Shown one piece after another: positions 46,810 to 55,593 of a stretch of 64,000 bases of DNA. Numbering within the stretch: position 1 is the stretch's first letter; each line of letters starts with the position of its first letter. The translations under genes were made by a program, and so were the position numbers. Source of the DNA: Deltaproteobacteria bacterium (GTDB lineage: Bacteria > Myxococcota > Kuafuiibacteriia > Kuafuiibacteriales > Kuafuiibacteriaceae); assembly GCA_040218735.1 (NCBI GenBank), contig JAVJQW010000046.1, positions 64,001 to 128,000 of the forward strand, written 5' to 3'. The notes under the pieces were generated by a model, which was not told where the DNA came from, did not search any database, and was given only the letters and a program-made list of their open reading frames with translations.

Positions 46810-48585
46810 ATGTACGAAGAAGAAGACGAAGAAACCTACGAAGGCTTGAGCTGGTCGCGCCGCACCTTCATGCAGGCGACCGTCGCGGCTTCCGTGCTCG
46901 CCGCGAGCCGCGCCGCGCTCGCGAAGAAGACCGCCGGCACCGCCGCCGCGTACATCGCGGGGCAGCTCGCTCGCCACGGCGCGACGACGCTCTTCGGTGT
47001 CCCCGGCGCGACCTGTGATCCGCTCTTCGAGGCGTGCCACGGCAACCCGAAGATGTCGCTCGCGATCACCAGCAGCGATCTCGAAGCGGGCTACGCGGCC
47101 GACGGCTTCGCACGGATGCGCGGACTCAGCGCGCTGTCGGTGACCTACGGCGTGGGGACGATGAGCCTGATGTCCGTCGTCGCGGGGGCGTACGCCGAGC
47201 GGAGCCCGATCGTCGTCTTCAACGGCGGCCCGCACGGCACCGACCTGAGGCTGCAACGCGACTTCGACACGTACTTCTCACACTCCACGGGGCACGCGAG
47301 CAGCGACCTCGAGATGTTCCGCCGTATCACCGCGTACGCGAAGCGCGCGGAGCGGGCGAAGGACGTCCCGCGGGTCGTTGACGAAGCGATCCGCGTGGCG
47401 CTGCAGCAGCGACGCCCGGTCTACGTCGAGATCCCCAAGAGCCTGTGGACCGCGCGGGTGAGCGCGACGGGCGACACGATCGACGGGCGCGTCGCGGCGA
47501 GCGGGAAGGAGGCACAGGTCGCGGAGCGGATCGTCGACGTCCTCGCGAAGGCGAAGCGCCCCGCGCTGCTCCTGGGGGTCGAGCTCGAACGCTACGGGCT
47601 GCACGCGGAGGCGAAGCGCCTCGTCGAGCACCTCGGCGTCCCGTACGCGACGACGATGCTCGCGAAGACGGTCCTCGCCGAGGGGGCGCCGCTGTTCGCG
47701 GGGGTGTACGTCGGCGGTCGATCCGTCCCGGCGATGCGGAAGTTCCTCGAAGGCGCCGATGCCGTCCTCGCGCTGGGCTGTGTGTTCGGCCGGCAGTACC
47801 GGACCGTCGCGACGAAGTCCTCGAACCTGGTCGCGGTGTCGAACGGACGCGCGCGGTTCGGGCTCGGCAAGAAGGCGAGTGAGACGCCGGTGGCGCTCGA
47901 CGCGTTGATCGATGCGCTCCTCGCGAAACGGTTCAGCAAGAACGCTGCGCACGCGGCGACGAACCCACGTCGCGGTCGTTCGTTCGACGAGCGACGCGCC
48001 TCGCTGTCGAAGCGCGCGGCGGAGGGGCCCCTGACTTACGACGGTCTCCTGAAGACGGTGTCGGATCGGCTGCGCCCGGAGCACGTCGTCCTCACCGACA
48101 CGAGCCTGATGATGTACCCGGCGGGGGATCTCGACGTTCGCGGTCGCGGCGCATTCGTCTGCAACGGCGTGTGGCAGGCGATCGGCTTTTCGGCGGGAGC
48201 GGCGGCCGGCGTGGCGATCGCGGCGCCCGACAAGAAGCCGATCGTGATCTGCGGGGACGGCGGCTTCCAGATGACGGCGCAGGCGTTGTCGACGATCGCG
48301 AAGATGAAGCTCCCGGTCACGGTCATCGTCGTGAACAACGGGCACTACGGCATCGAGCAGTTCCTCCTCGACCGCAACTACTTCGACGCGGGGAAGGGCG
48401 GCATCCCGTACCTCGATCTCAACGACTGGGACTACGTCGGTTTCGCGCGCGCGCTGGGGATCACCAACGCCAAGGCGGTCACCACGACGGAGCAGCTCGC
48501 GGCGGCGCTGTCGGGCGACGGTCCCGCGTTCATCGACGCGAAGATCGCGCGGAGTGATCTCCCCGCGCAGCTGAGGAAGGCCTGA
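46810..48585 (+). CDS. Tat-exported ThDP-dependent enzyme, pyruvate/indolepyruvate decarboxylase family
   Basis: SRRTFM twin-arginine signal with ALA cleavage site. FGVPG, AGYAADGFAR, TYGVG and GDG-x-FQMT...NNGHYGIE. Confidence 0.88.
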   Translation: MYEEEDEETYEGLSWSRRTFMQATVAASVLAASRAALAKKTAGTAAAYIAGQLARHGATTLFGVPGATCDPLFEACHGNPKMSLAITSSDLEAGYAADGFARMRGLSALSVTYGVGTMSLMSVVAGAYAERSPIVVFNGGPHGTDLRLQRDFDTYFSHSTGHASSDLEMFRRITAYAKRAERAKDVPRVVDEAIRVALQQRRPVYVEIPKSLWTARVSATGDTIDGRVAASGKEAQVAERIVDVLAKAKRPALLLGVELERYGLHAEAKRLVEHLGVPYATTMLAKTVLAEGAPLFAGVYVGGRSVPAMRKFLEGADAVLALGCVFGRQYRTVATKSSNLVAVSNGRARFGLGKKASETPVALDALIDALLAKRFSKNAAHAATNPRRGRSFDERRASLSKRAAEGPLTYDGLLKTVSDRLRPEHVVLTDTSLMMYPAGDLDVRGRGAFVCNGVWQAIGFSAGAAAGVAIAAPDKKPIVICGDGGFQMTAQALSTIAKMKLPVTVIVVNNGHYGIEQFLLDRNYFDAGKGGIPYLDLNDWDYVGFARALGITNAKAVTTTEQLAAALSGDGPAFIDAKIARSDLPAQLRKA

Positions 48586-49763
48586 TGATCACCCGACGCC
48601 AGCTCCTGATCGCCGGCGCGACGATGCCGTTCGCGCCCGACGCTCTCGCGAAGCCGAAGAACCTCCGCGGCGGTGAGATCCTCCCGGATCCTACGTTCGC
48701 GAAACCGAAGGACTACCTGGTCGGCGTGCGCCCTTACCGCAAGACGGGTGTGCGGCTCGAGCGCGTCGACGCTCCGCTGAAAGGCGCGAACGGCGACATT
48801 CACCTCGTGCACAACTACGGCCACGGCGGCGCGGGTGTGACGTTGAGTTGGGGGTGCGCGAGCGTCGTCGTCGATCACGTCGACGCCATTCGTCAGAAGC
48901 TCAACGTGGAAGCGCCCCCCGCGATCGCGGTGCTGGGCACCGGCATCATCGGGCTGACGACGGCGACGGAGCTGCGGCGCCGGTGGCCGAAGGTGCCGAT
49001 CACGATCTATGCGAAGAGCCTCGACCTGAAGCGCACGGTGTCCTGGGTCGCGGGCGGGCAGTTCGAGCCGTCCGGGATGCACCGGCTCTACAAGGGGCGC
49101 GAGCGTCGCAAGGAGCTGCACGACCTCGTGCGGCGCTCCGCGAAGCGTGTCATCGAGCTGCAGAACTCGGGGAAGCGGCACGACTACGGCGTCGCGGTGC
49201 GGAAGAACTACGCGCTCGATCGGAAGCTCGCGGCGTTCGAGGTCGGGATGCCGCGAGACGTCGTCGCGAAGCCCCGCCGCGGGAACCTCCCGTTCGCGAA
49301 CCTGAACATCCGCGGCCGCGAGTATCAGACCTGGCTGATGACGCCGATGATCCTGATGCCGAAGCTCGTCGAGGATCTGAAGGCGTCCGGCGTGAAGTTC
49401 GTCGAGCGATCGTTTTCGACCCCGGCCGACGTCGCCAAGCTCTCCGAGTCGGTCGTCGTCAACTGCACGGGGCTCGGCTCACGCGAGCTCTTCAGCGACG
49501 GCGCGCTCATCCCGCAGCGTGGTCACAACGTGCTGCTCGAGAAGACCGACCCCAAGCAGTTCTACTTCTTCAGCGGCGGCTGCGAGAACTGGGTCATCGC
49601 GTACGTCTTCTGTCGTCAGAACGACGTCGTGGTGGGCGGCACGATCCAGAAGGGTCGCGACGACGTGAAGATCACGCCGGAGGACAAGAAGGTCTTCGCG
49701 CAGCTCCTCACCAACGGACGCGCGCTGTTCGACGGCAAGGTCTCCGCCTGCGTCCGTCCTTGA
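48585..49763 (+). CDS. Tat-exported, circularly permuted D-amino-acid oxidase-family flavoprotein
   Basis: TRRQLL signal. VGVRP and HNYGHGGAGVTLSWGCA precede the GTGIIG Rossmann motif; VVNCTGLG follows. TGATG coupling. Confidence 0.85.
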   Translation: MITRRQLLIAGATMPFAPDALAKPKNLRGGEILPDPTFAKPKDYLVGVRPYRKTGVRLERVDAPLKGANGDIHLVHNYGHGGAGVTLSWGCASVVVDHVDAIRQKLNVEAPPAIAVLGTGIIGLTTATELRRRWPKVPITIYAKSLDLKRTVSWVAGGQFEPSGMHRLYKGRERRKELHDLVRRSAKRVIELQNSGKRHDYGVAVRKNYALDRKLAAFEVGMPRDVVAKPRRGNLPFANLNIRGREYQTWLMTPMILMPKLVEDLKASGVKFVERSFSTPADVAKLSESVVVNCTGLGSRELFSDGALIPQRGHNVLLEKTDPKQFYFFSGGCENWVIAYVFCRQNDVVVGGTIQKGRDDVKITPEDKKVFAQLLTNGRALFDGKVSACVRP

Positions 49764-49842
49764 AGGACTGCACGCCAGGACTGACCGGCTGCACGCACGG
49801 ACAGGTGGCGTCCTCCGGGGCGCCGACTTAAGCTCCGCCGTC

Positions 49843-50708
49843 ATGCGTTCTCCGTACTTCGCGCTCCTCGCTCTCTCGCTCCTCACCACGCGCGCCGCCC
49901 TCGCGGAGACGCCGCCCGCCGACGTCGCCGCCGCGGGTGAAGAAGATCCGCTCGCGCAGTTCGCGTGGCAGATGGAGGGCCAAGGCAAGCTCGGCACCCG
50001 TGCCACACTCGAGATCCCGCAGGGGTTCCGATTCCTCGAAGCCGCCGAGGCGTCGCGGCTCGTCGAGGCGATGGGCAACCTCACCTCGCGCAAGGAGGTC
50101 GGCTGATCGCGACGCACGACCTCGAGTGGTTCGTCGTCTTCTTCTTCGACGACGTCGGCTACGTGAAGGACGACGAAAAGGACGAGCTCGACGCCGACGA
50201 CATGGCGGAGTCGATGGCCGAGAACCTCCAGTACTCGAACGAAGAGCGCCGCGACCGCGGGCTCGAGGAGCTGTCCTTCGACGGCTGGGCGATCCCGCCT
50301 CGTTACAACGAGACCTCGAACCGCCTGGAGTGGGCGCACCGCCTGCGTTCGGCGACCGGCGTGAGCGTCAACTACAACACCCGCGTCCTCGGCCGGCACG
50401 GCGTCATGCGCGTCATCCTCGTCACCGACCCCGAGCTGCTGGAGGCAACGCTCCCGCAGTACAACAGCTTGATGTCCGGCTTCGACTTCACGAACGGCGA
50501 GCGCTATGCGGAGTACCGGGCCGGCGACAAGATCGCCGAGTACGGCCTCATCGCGCTCGTCGCGGGCGGTGGCGCCGCGGTCGCCGCGAAGACCGGGCTG
50601 CTGACCGCGCTCGTCGCGTTCTTCAAGAAGGGCGCGAAGCTCATCATCGTCGGGCTCGCCGCCGTGGCGGCCTTCGTGAAGAAGCTGTTCTCGGGGCGCC
50701 GGGACTGA
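49843..50708 (+). pseudogene. DUF2167 family membrane-anchored protein interrupted by a 1-nt frameshift
   Basis: N-terminal part (signal, P-x-GFRFL, MGN) stops at 50106. The C-terminal part (GYVKDD, GW-x-x-PP-x-Y, VNYNTRVLGRHG, G-x-RY, GDKIAEYGL) continues in the -1 frame. GGCTG appears where GGCCTG is expected. Confidence 0.75.
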
Positions 50709-50733
50709 CATCGTCGGCGCCGACGCGACCCGC

Positions 50734-51861
50734 ATGGATCCCGCCGACGCCCTCATCCTCACCCTCGTCGCGCTCCACGTCGTGGAGGGCCTGTTCTGGG
50801 TGCACCGTCACGCGCTCGTAATCGCGCGGACGCCGAGCGGCGCGCGTCGCGTCGGCACCGACGGTCCGCTCGGCAACGCGGACCACGTGTTCGTGCTGCT
50901 CGATCCGTGGCCGCCGCTGCGCGAGCGCTTCGTGGTCGAGCCGTGGCCGATCAGCTTTACGGAGGCCGGCGTGGTGCCGGTGCGTCCCGAGCTCCCGATC
51001 GGCACACGCGAGCGACCGGCGGAGGTCGAGCCCATCGCCTGGGCGGCGCTGACGGAGGTGGGCACCAGCGGTAAGGAGGTCGTCACGCGCGACCGACGAA
51101 TCGCGGTCACGAGCAGCGTCGCATTTGCGCAGCAGCTCGCCGAGGACCTCCGCACCATCGCGTCGGCGGACGACAAACCGGCGGCGATCGAGGCAACGTT
51201 GGCGCGGGCCTTCGACGTCGACGCCGCGCGTGCCCGCCACGCGGCGTTCAAGAAACAGACGGGGTTCCTGAACGTGGTCGTGAACCTGGTGCCGGTCGTG
51301 ATGATCGGCGGCGTCGCCGGGATCTTCTACGTGGCGCCGCTGTTTTCGTTCTGGCCGACGCTCCTGACCATCGGCGTCGGGCTCGTGCTCCTCGCTGGCG
51401 TCGACATGTTCCGCGCGCACCGCGAGCTGTACCCGTCGCTCGGCGCGAAGCGCGTGCAGGACTTGTTGCTCATGCTGGTCTCGCTCCCCGCGGTCGCGCG
51501 TGCGCGCGGGTGGATCGCCCGCGACGTCCTCGCCGAGTACCACCCGATCACCGCCGCCGCGGTGCTGCTGGACGACGCCGCGTTCGCGGAGGTCGCGGCG
51601 GAGACGTCGCGGGGACTCGCCCACCCGCTCGCGGTGCCGGGCGCCGCCGCGCCGATCGTCGAGGCCATGCGGGCGCGCCTGCGCGGGTACGTGGAGCGGG
51701 TCTGCGAGTCGCGCGGCCTCGAAGCCGGGGCGTTGGCGACGACTCCGCGGCCCAGCACGGACCGCGTCGTCGGCATCTGCCCGCGCTGCCATGCGGAGTT
51801 CGAGCGCCCGCAGGACGAATGTCCCGATTGCCCAGGCATCGCGCTCGTCGCGACGAAGTGA
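50734..51861 (+). CDS. Hypothetical membrane protein with C-terminal Zn ribbon
   Basis: Several TM segments; CPRC-x9-CPDC at the C-terminus. Confidence 0.7.
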   Translation: MDPADALILTLVALHVVEGLFWVHRHALVIARTPSGARRVGTDGPLGNADHVFVLLDPWPPLRERFVVEPWPISFTEAGVVPVRPELPIGTRERPAEVEPIAWAALTEVGTSGKEVVTRDRRIAVTSSVAFAQQLAEDLRTIASADDKPAAIEATLARAFDVDAARARHAAFKKQTGFLNVVVNLVPVVMIGGVAGIFYVAPLFSFWPTLLTIGVGLVLLAGVDMFRAHRELYPSLGAKRVQDLLLMLVSLPAVARARGWIARDVLAEYHPITAAAVLLDDAAFAEVAAETSRGLAHPLAVPGAAAPIVEAMRARLRGYVERVCESRGLEAGALATTPRPSTDRVVGICPRCHAEFERPQDECPDCPGIALVATK

Positions 51862-51932
51862 GCGCCGCGCCTCACCGCTGACACGGCTGTCCGAGGTCGC
51901 CCGAAACCACGCTCTGCAACGTGCGCCACCGT

Positions 51933-51949
51933 TTGGCACGGGCCTTGGA
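51933..51949 (+). promoter_or_regulatory. Candidate sigma54 promoter
   Basis: TTGGCACG-GGCC-TTGGA versus consensus TGGCACG-N4-TTGCW, just upstream of ATG 51963. Confidence 0.45.
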
Positions 51950-51962
51950 ATGGTCTCGGGTC

Positions 51963-53393
51963 ATGCCGAAGTCACGACACACCCTGCTGCTCACCTCTCT
52001 TCTCGTCACCGCCGCTTGCAGCGGTGACTTCGGCGCGACGCCTGGCGGCGTCCAGGACATGGGCTTCGCCCGCGAGCTGATCGACGCCGGCCGCATCCCC
52101 CCGCCCGAGGCGTTCACCGTCGAAGGCATGTACTCGGAGCACGACCTCCCGCTCGAAGGCGAGCCCTGCGACACGCTGCTCTGCCTCCGCGGCGCGCTCG
52201 GCCTCGCGCCCACGCTCGACGGCGAGGCTTCGGCGTGGCTGCAAGTCGGGTTGTCATCCACCATCGACCCGCAGACGTTTCGGCGCGACGACATCGCGCT
52301 CATCGCCGCGATCGACGTGTCGTGCTCGATGGGGTGGAACTACGGCGAAGACAGCGAGACGCCCGGCAAGGTGACGCGTGAGCTGATGCGCCGAGTCGTG
52401 GCCGAGATGGGCGCGGACGACCGCGTCGCGATCGTCACCTACGGCAGCAGCGTCGACACCAAGCTCGGCTTCACGCCCGGCGACCAGCAGTCGAAGATCC
52501 AGGGCGTCATCGACGACCTCAGCGACGACGGCTCCACGAACATGGAGGCCGGCCTGAAGCGCGCCTTCGAGCTCGCGCGCGGTCTGCAGGGCGACGCGCA
52601 GCAGATCCGCGTCATGCTGTTCACGGACGCGCAGCCGAACGTCGGTGCCACCGAGAGCAGTGAGTTCTCGCGGATGGTCGCGGACGCCGCGGACGACGGC
52701 ATCGGCATCACGATCATCGGCGCCGGCCTCGGGCTGGGGCAGGAGCTGGTCAACGAGATGGCGCACCTGCGCGGCGGCAACGCGTTCTCGCTGTTCGACA
52801 CGGAAGGCGTCGGCGAGCTGATGGCCGACAGCTGGCCGTGGATGGTCAGCCCGATCGCCTACGACATGAAGCTCGAGATCGAGGCCCCCGGCGACTACCG
52901 CGTCGCCGACACCTACGGCTTCCCGGGCTCCGCCGAAGAGGCGGTGCAGGCCAAGCTCGAGGTCGCGTCGGTGTTCCTCAGCCGCCGCCGCGGCGCGCTC
53001 CTCGTGCGCCTCACCAACGGCGACCTCGCCTACGACGGGCTCGACGTTGCGGGGCGCCTCACCTACGTCACGCGCGACGGCGCGACGGTCGAGGACCACA
53101 TCCAAGTGAAGAACGACGGCGCGACGCTCGACGAGCGGGGTCAGTGGTACGCGCAGACCAGCGTAGGTCGTTCGGTCGCGCTCGCGGTGCTCGTCGTCGC
53201 GATGAAGGCGAGCGCAGAGCACTACGCCGCCAACGATCAACCCGCCGCGGTCGAGCTGATGGAGAAGGCGCTGGAGCGGTTCGAGGGCGACGCGGCCGGT
53301 GACGACACGCTCGCGCCCGAGGTCGAGCTCGCGAAGAAGTACCTGGAGCTGCTGCGCGCGTCGGCGCCGCAGGGGAGCCTCTACAGCCGGTAG
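51963..53393 (+). CDS. VWA domain lipoprotein
   Basis: Lipobox TAAC, MIDAS DVSCSM, GSTNMEAGL, LFTDAQPN. Confidence 0.85.
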   Translation: MPKSRHTLLLTSLLVTAACSGDFGATPGGVQDMGFARELIDAGRIPPPEAFTVEGMYSEHDLPLEGEPCDTLLCLRGALGLAPTLDGEASAWLQVGLSSTIDPQTFRRDDIALIAAIDVSCSMGWNYGEDSETPGKVTRELMRRVVAEMGADDRVAIVTYGSSVDTKLGFTPGDQQSKIQGVIDDLSDDGSTNMEAGLKRAFELARGLQGDAQQIRVMLFTDAQPNVGATESSEFSRMVADAADDGIGITIIGAGLGLGQELVNEMAHLRGGNAFSLFDTEGVGELMADSWPWMVSPIAYDMKLEIEAPGDYRVADTYGFPGSAEEAVQAKLEVASVFLSRRRGALLVRLTNGDLAYDGLDVAGRLTYVTRDGATVEDHIQVKNDGATLDERGQWYAQTSVGRSVALAVLVVAMKASAEHYAANDQPAAVELMEKALERFEGDAAGDDTLAPEVELAKKYLELLRASAPQGSLYSR

Positions 53394-53396
53394 GGA

Positions 53397-54071
53397 TCAG
53401 ACGCGACGGACGAGGCCGCGGACGGCGTCGTGGACGCGGCGGTCGAAGAGGCTGGAGACGTGCGCGCGGTCGTCGAGGATCAGCTGCTGCGCGCCGGCCA
53501 AGAGCGCGCTGTCGAACGGCTCGATGAACTGGTCGGCGCGCGCGGCGACGGTGAGGACGCGGTCCTCGAGGCGGCGCAAGCGATCTTGCGTCGCGAGCAC
53601 CTCGGTCATCATCGTGCTGTCGGGGCGGAGCATCCGGAGCTTGGCGCTGGGCGCGAACTTCGAGCGCCACGTCCCGTGCAGCGGCGCGCAGATGGAGACG
53701 AAGCCGGCGACGTGCGGGAGCGCGACCTCGCTCTGCAGCACCATCCGCAGGAGCAACCCGCCGAGGCTGTGGCCGACGACGACGAGGCGATCGACCCGCG
53801 CGCCGAGCTGTTCGATGTGCGCGGCGAGGTCGCGGGCGCGCCCGCGGGGGTCGGTGAGTGAGTTGTACTCGAAGGAGCCGAACCAGTCGGCCTCGTCTTC
53901 GAGGGCGGTCCGCATCGAGAGGAACTGCGCGCCGTTCGCGCCGAGCCCGGGGACGAAGAGCACGCCGACGTCGGCGTGACCCGTGGCGTTGCGGTCGAGC
54001 CGGCGGCGCTGGGGCGCGAGGAGCCCGAGGCGCACGTAGGCGAACGCTTCGTCACGGAGGAGGCGGAACAC
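53397..54071 (-). CDS. Alpha/beta hydrolase (lipase/esterase family)
   Basis: LFVPG, VGHSLGG nucleophile elbow, APLHGT, terminal His. Confidence 0.8.
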   Translation of the reverse strand: MFRLLRDEAFAYVRLGLLAPQRRRLDRNATGHADVGVLFVPGLGANGAQFLSMRTALEDEADWFGSFEYNSLTDPRGRARDLAAHIEQLGARVDRLVVVGHSLGGLLLRMVLQSEVALPHVAGFVSICAPLHGTWRSKFAPSAKLRMLRPDSTMMTEVLATQDRLRRLEDRVLTVAARADQFIEPFDSALLAGAQQLILDDRAHVSSLFDRRVHDAVRGLVRRV

Positions 54072-54076
54072 GTGCG

Positions 54077-54991
54077 TTACTTCTTCCCGGGGACCTTCGG
54101 CACCGGGATGTCGCCGAAGAGGCTCTTGCCGTGGTTGTGGCCGTCGTCCTCGGTGCCGGAGCCGCGTTCGAGATCCTGACCCGTCGACAGCGAGAACCGC
54201 CCTGGTTCGAGGATGGTGTGGAACGCGCGCTCACCGAGCCAGCGGAAGAGGAGGTCGCGGCCCCCGATGCGCACGAGCCAGTCGAGCGCGGCGTTGGCGG
54301 CGACACTCATCTCGTTGGCGGCTTCCGCGCGGAACATGGAGTGGCGCCAGATGAGTTTGCCGTCGCGCCAACTCTCGAGCCCGAGGGTGACTCGGGCGGC
54401 GCGCTGGCGTGGGTTGGGTTGTTTCATCGACTCGACGCCGACCTTGAGGATGACTTCCGCCTGTTTGGCCGGGACGAAGTCGATCGAGAACCCAGCCGTC
54501 TTCAGGCCTTTTTCGAACGCCGCCTGAATCGTCTTCTTGTCGAGGTCCGCGCCGCGCACGAGGAGTGCGGCCTTCAGCGTGCGTTGTTTCTTCGTGCCGA
54601 GTTTTTTCTTCGCGTAGGCGTGGTTTGCGAGCGTGCGATCGAACCAGGCTTTCAGCCCGGGCTCGGTGAGATCGAGCCTCGCGAAGGTCGTGAACGCCTT
54701 CTCCCAGCGGATGGCCTCCGGGAGGCGTTCGTTGCCGCGGAGCTTCTTGCGCAGCTCGATCGCGGCGTCGCGCAGCTTGAGTGAGATGACGAGGTTCGGG
54801 TCGCTGCGGTGTTTGTCTTGCGCGGCGTCGAGGACGGCTTGAGCGTTGGACGGGCCGCGGTTGTCGTCGAGCTCGGCCTCGGCGGCCTGGGCGACGGTGG
54901 CCCGGAGGACCTCCGGCAGCGCCGGGTCGAGGCGTTCGGTCATGCCCGCCTGCGCGGCGAGCGTGAGGGCGATGGCGGCGAGGGCGCTCAC
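54077..54991 (-). CDS. Hypothetical exported protein
   Basis: Short hydrophobic N-terminus; GTGA coupling with the upstream gene. Confidence 0.65.
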   Translation of the reverse strand: MSALAAIALTLAAQAGMTERLDPALPEVLRATVAQAAEAELDDNRGPSNAQAVLDAAQDKHRSDPNLVISLKLRDAAIELRKKLRGNERLPEAIRWEKAFTTFARLDLTEPGLKAWFDRTLANHAYAKKKLGTKKQRTLKAALLVRGADLDKKTIQAAFEKGLKTAGFSIDFVPAKQAEVILKVGVESMKQPNPRQRAARVTLGLESWRDGKLIWRHSMFRAEAANEMSVAANAALDWLVRIGGRDLLFRWLGERAFHTILEPGRFSLSTGQDLERGSGTEDDGHNHGKSLFGDIPVPKVPGKK

Positions 54992-55593
54992 TTCTTCTTG
55001 GGCTTGGCTTTGTCGTGCGCGGCGAGGGTCGTCTCGATCTCGGCCGAGAAGTACTCGACGAGTGAGCCCTTCGCGTCGTGCTTCGACTTGACGACCTTGC
55101 CTTCGCGGTCGATCAGGAACGTAGCGGGGAGGGCGACGACCTTCCCGAGGTACTTCTGCGAGACGTAGTCGGCGCGGTCCACGACGACGGTGAACGGGAG
55201 CTTCTTCTCGTCGAGGTAGCGTTGGAGCTTCTTGGCGTCGTCGTCGCCCTCTTCGACGAGCGCGACGAGGAGCACGTAGAGGCCGCGCGCCTGGTACTTC
55301 TCGTGGGTCTTCACGAGCTCGGGCATGGCGGCGAGGCACGGCTCGCAGTCGGTGCGGAAGAAGTCGAGCAGCACGGGGCGCTTGGGGGCGTAGCTGCGCT
55401 CGCGGCCTTCGTAGGCGAGGTCCGACAGGCGGACCATCGCGCGGTCGAGGGCGCGGAGCTGGAACGCGGGCGCGGCGTCGCCGGGCTTGGGCGTCTTCGA
55501 CTTCTTCTTGGGGCGGGCGGTCGCGGTGCTCGCGGCCATGAGGCCGGCGAGGAGCAGGCACGCGGTCGTCTTGGTCATTCGAAATCCACTCAC
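54988..55593 (-). CDS. Exported TlpA/peroxiredoxin-like redoxin
   Basis: PGDAAPAFQL, LLDFFRTDCEPC, LPATFLIDREG. Start is 55593 or 55578. Confidence 0.85.
   Translation of the reverse strand: MSGFRMTKTTACLLLAGLMAASTATARPKKKSKTPKPGDAAPAFQLRALDRAMVRLSDLAYEGRERSYAPKRPVLLDFFRTDCEPCLAAMPELVKTHEKYQARGLYVLLVALVEEGDDDAKKLQRYLDEKKLPFTVVVDRADYVSQKYLGKVVALPATFLIDREGKVVKSKHDAKGSLVEYFSAEIETTLAAHDKAKPKKK

Noticed and set aside
50104-50106. TGA in the DUF2167 gene as a second selenocysteine codon
   Set aside because: In-frame readthrough gives Ser/Arg/Thr-rich nonsense. Homology continues in another frame, so this is a frameshift.
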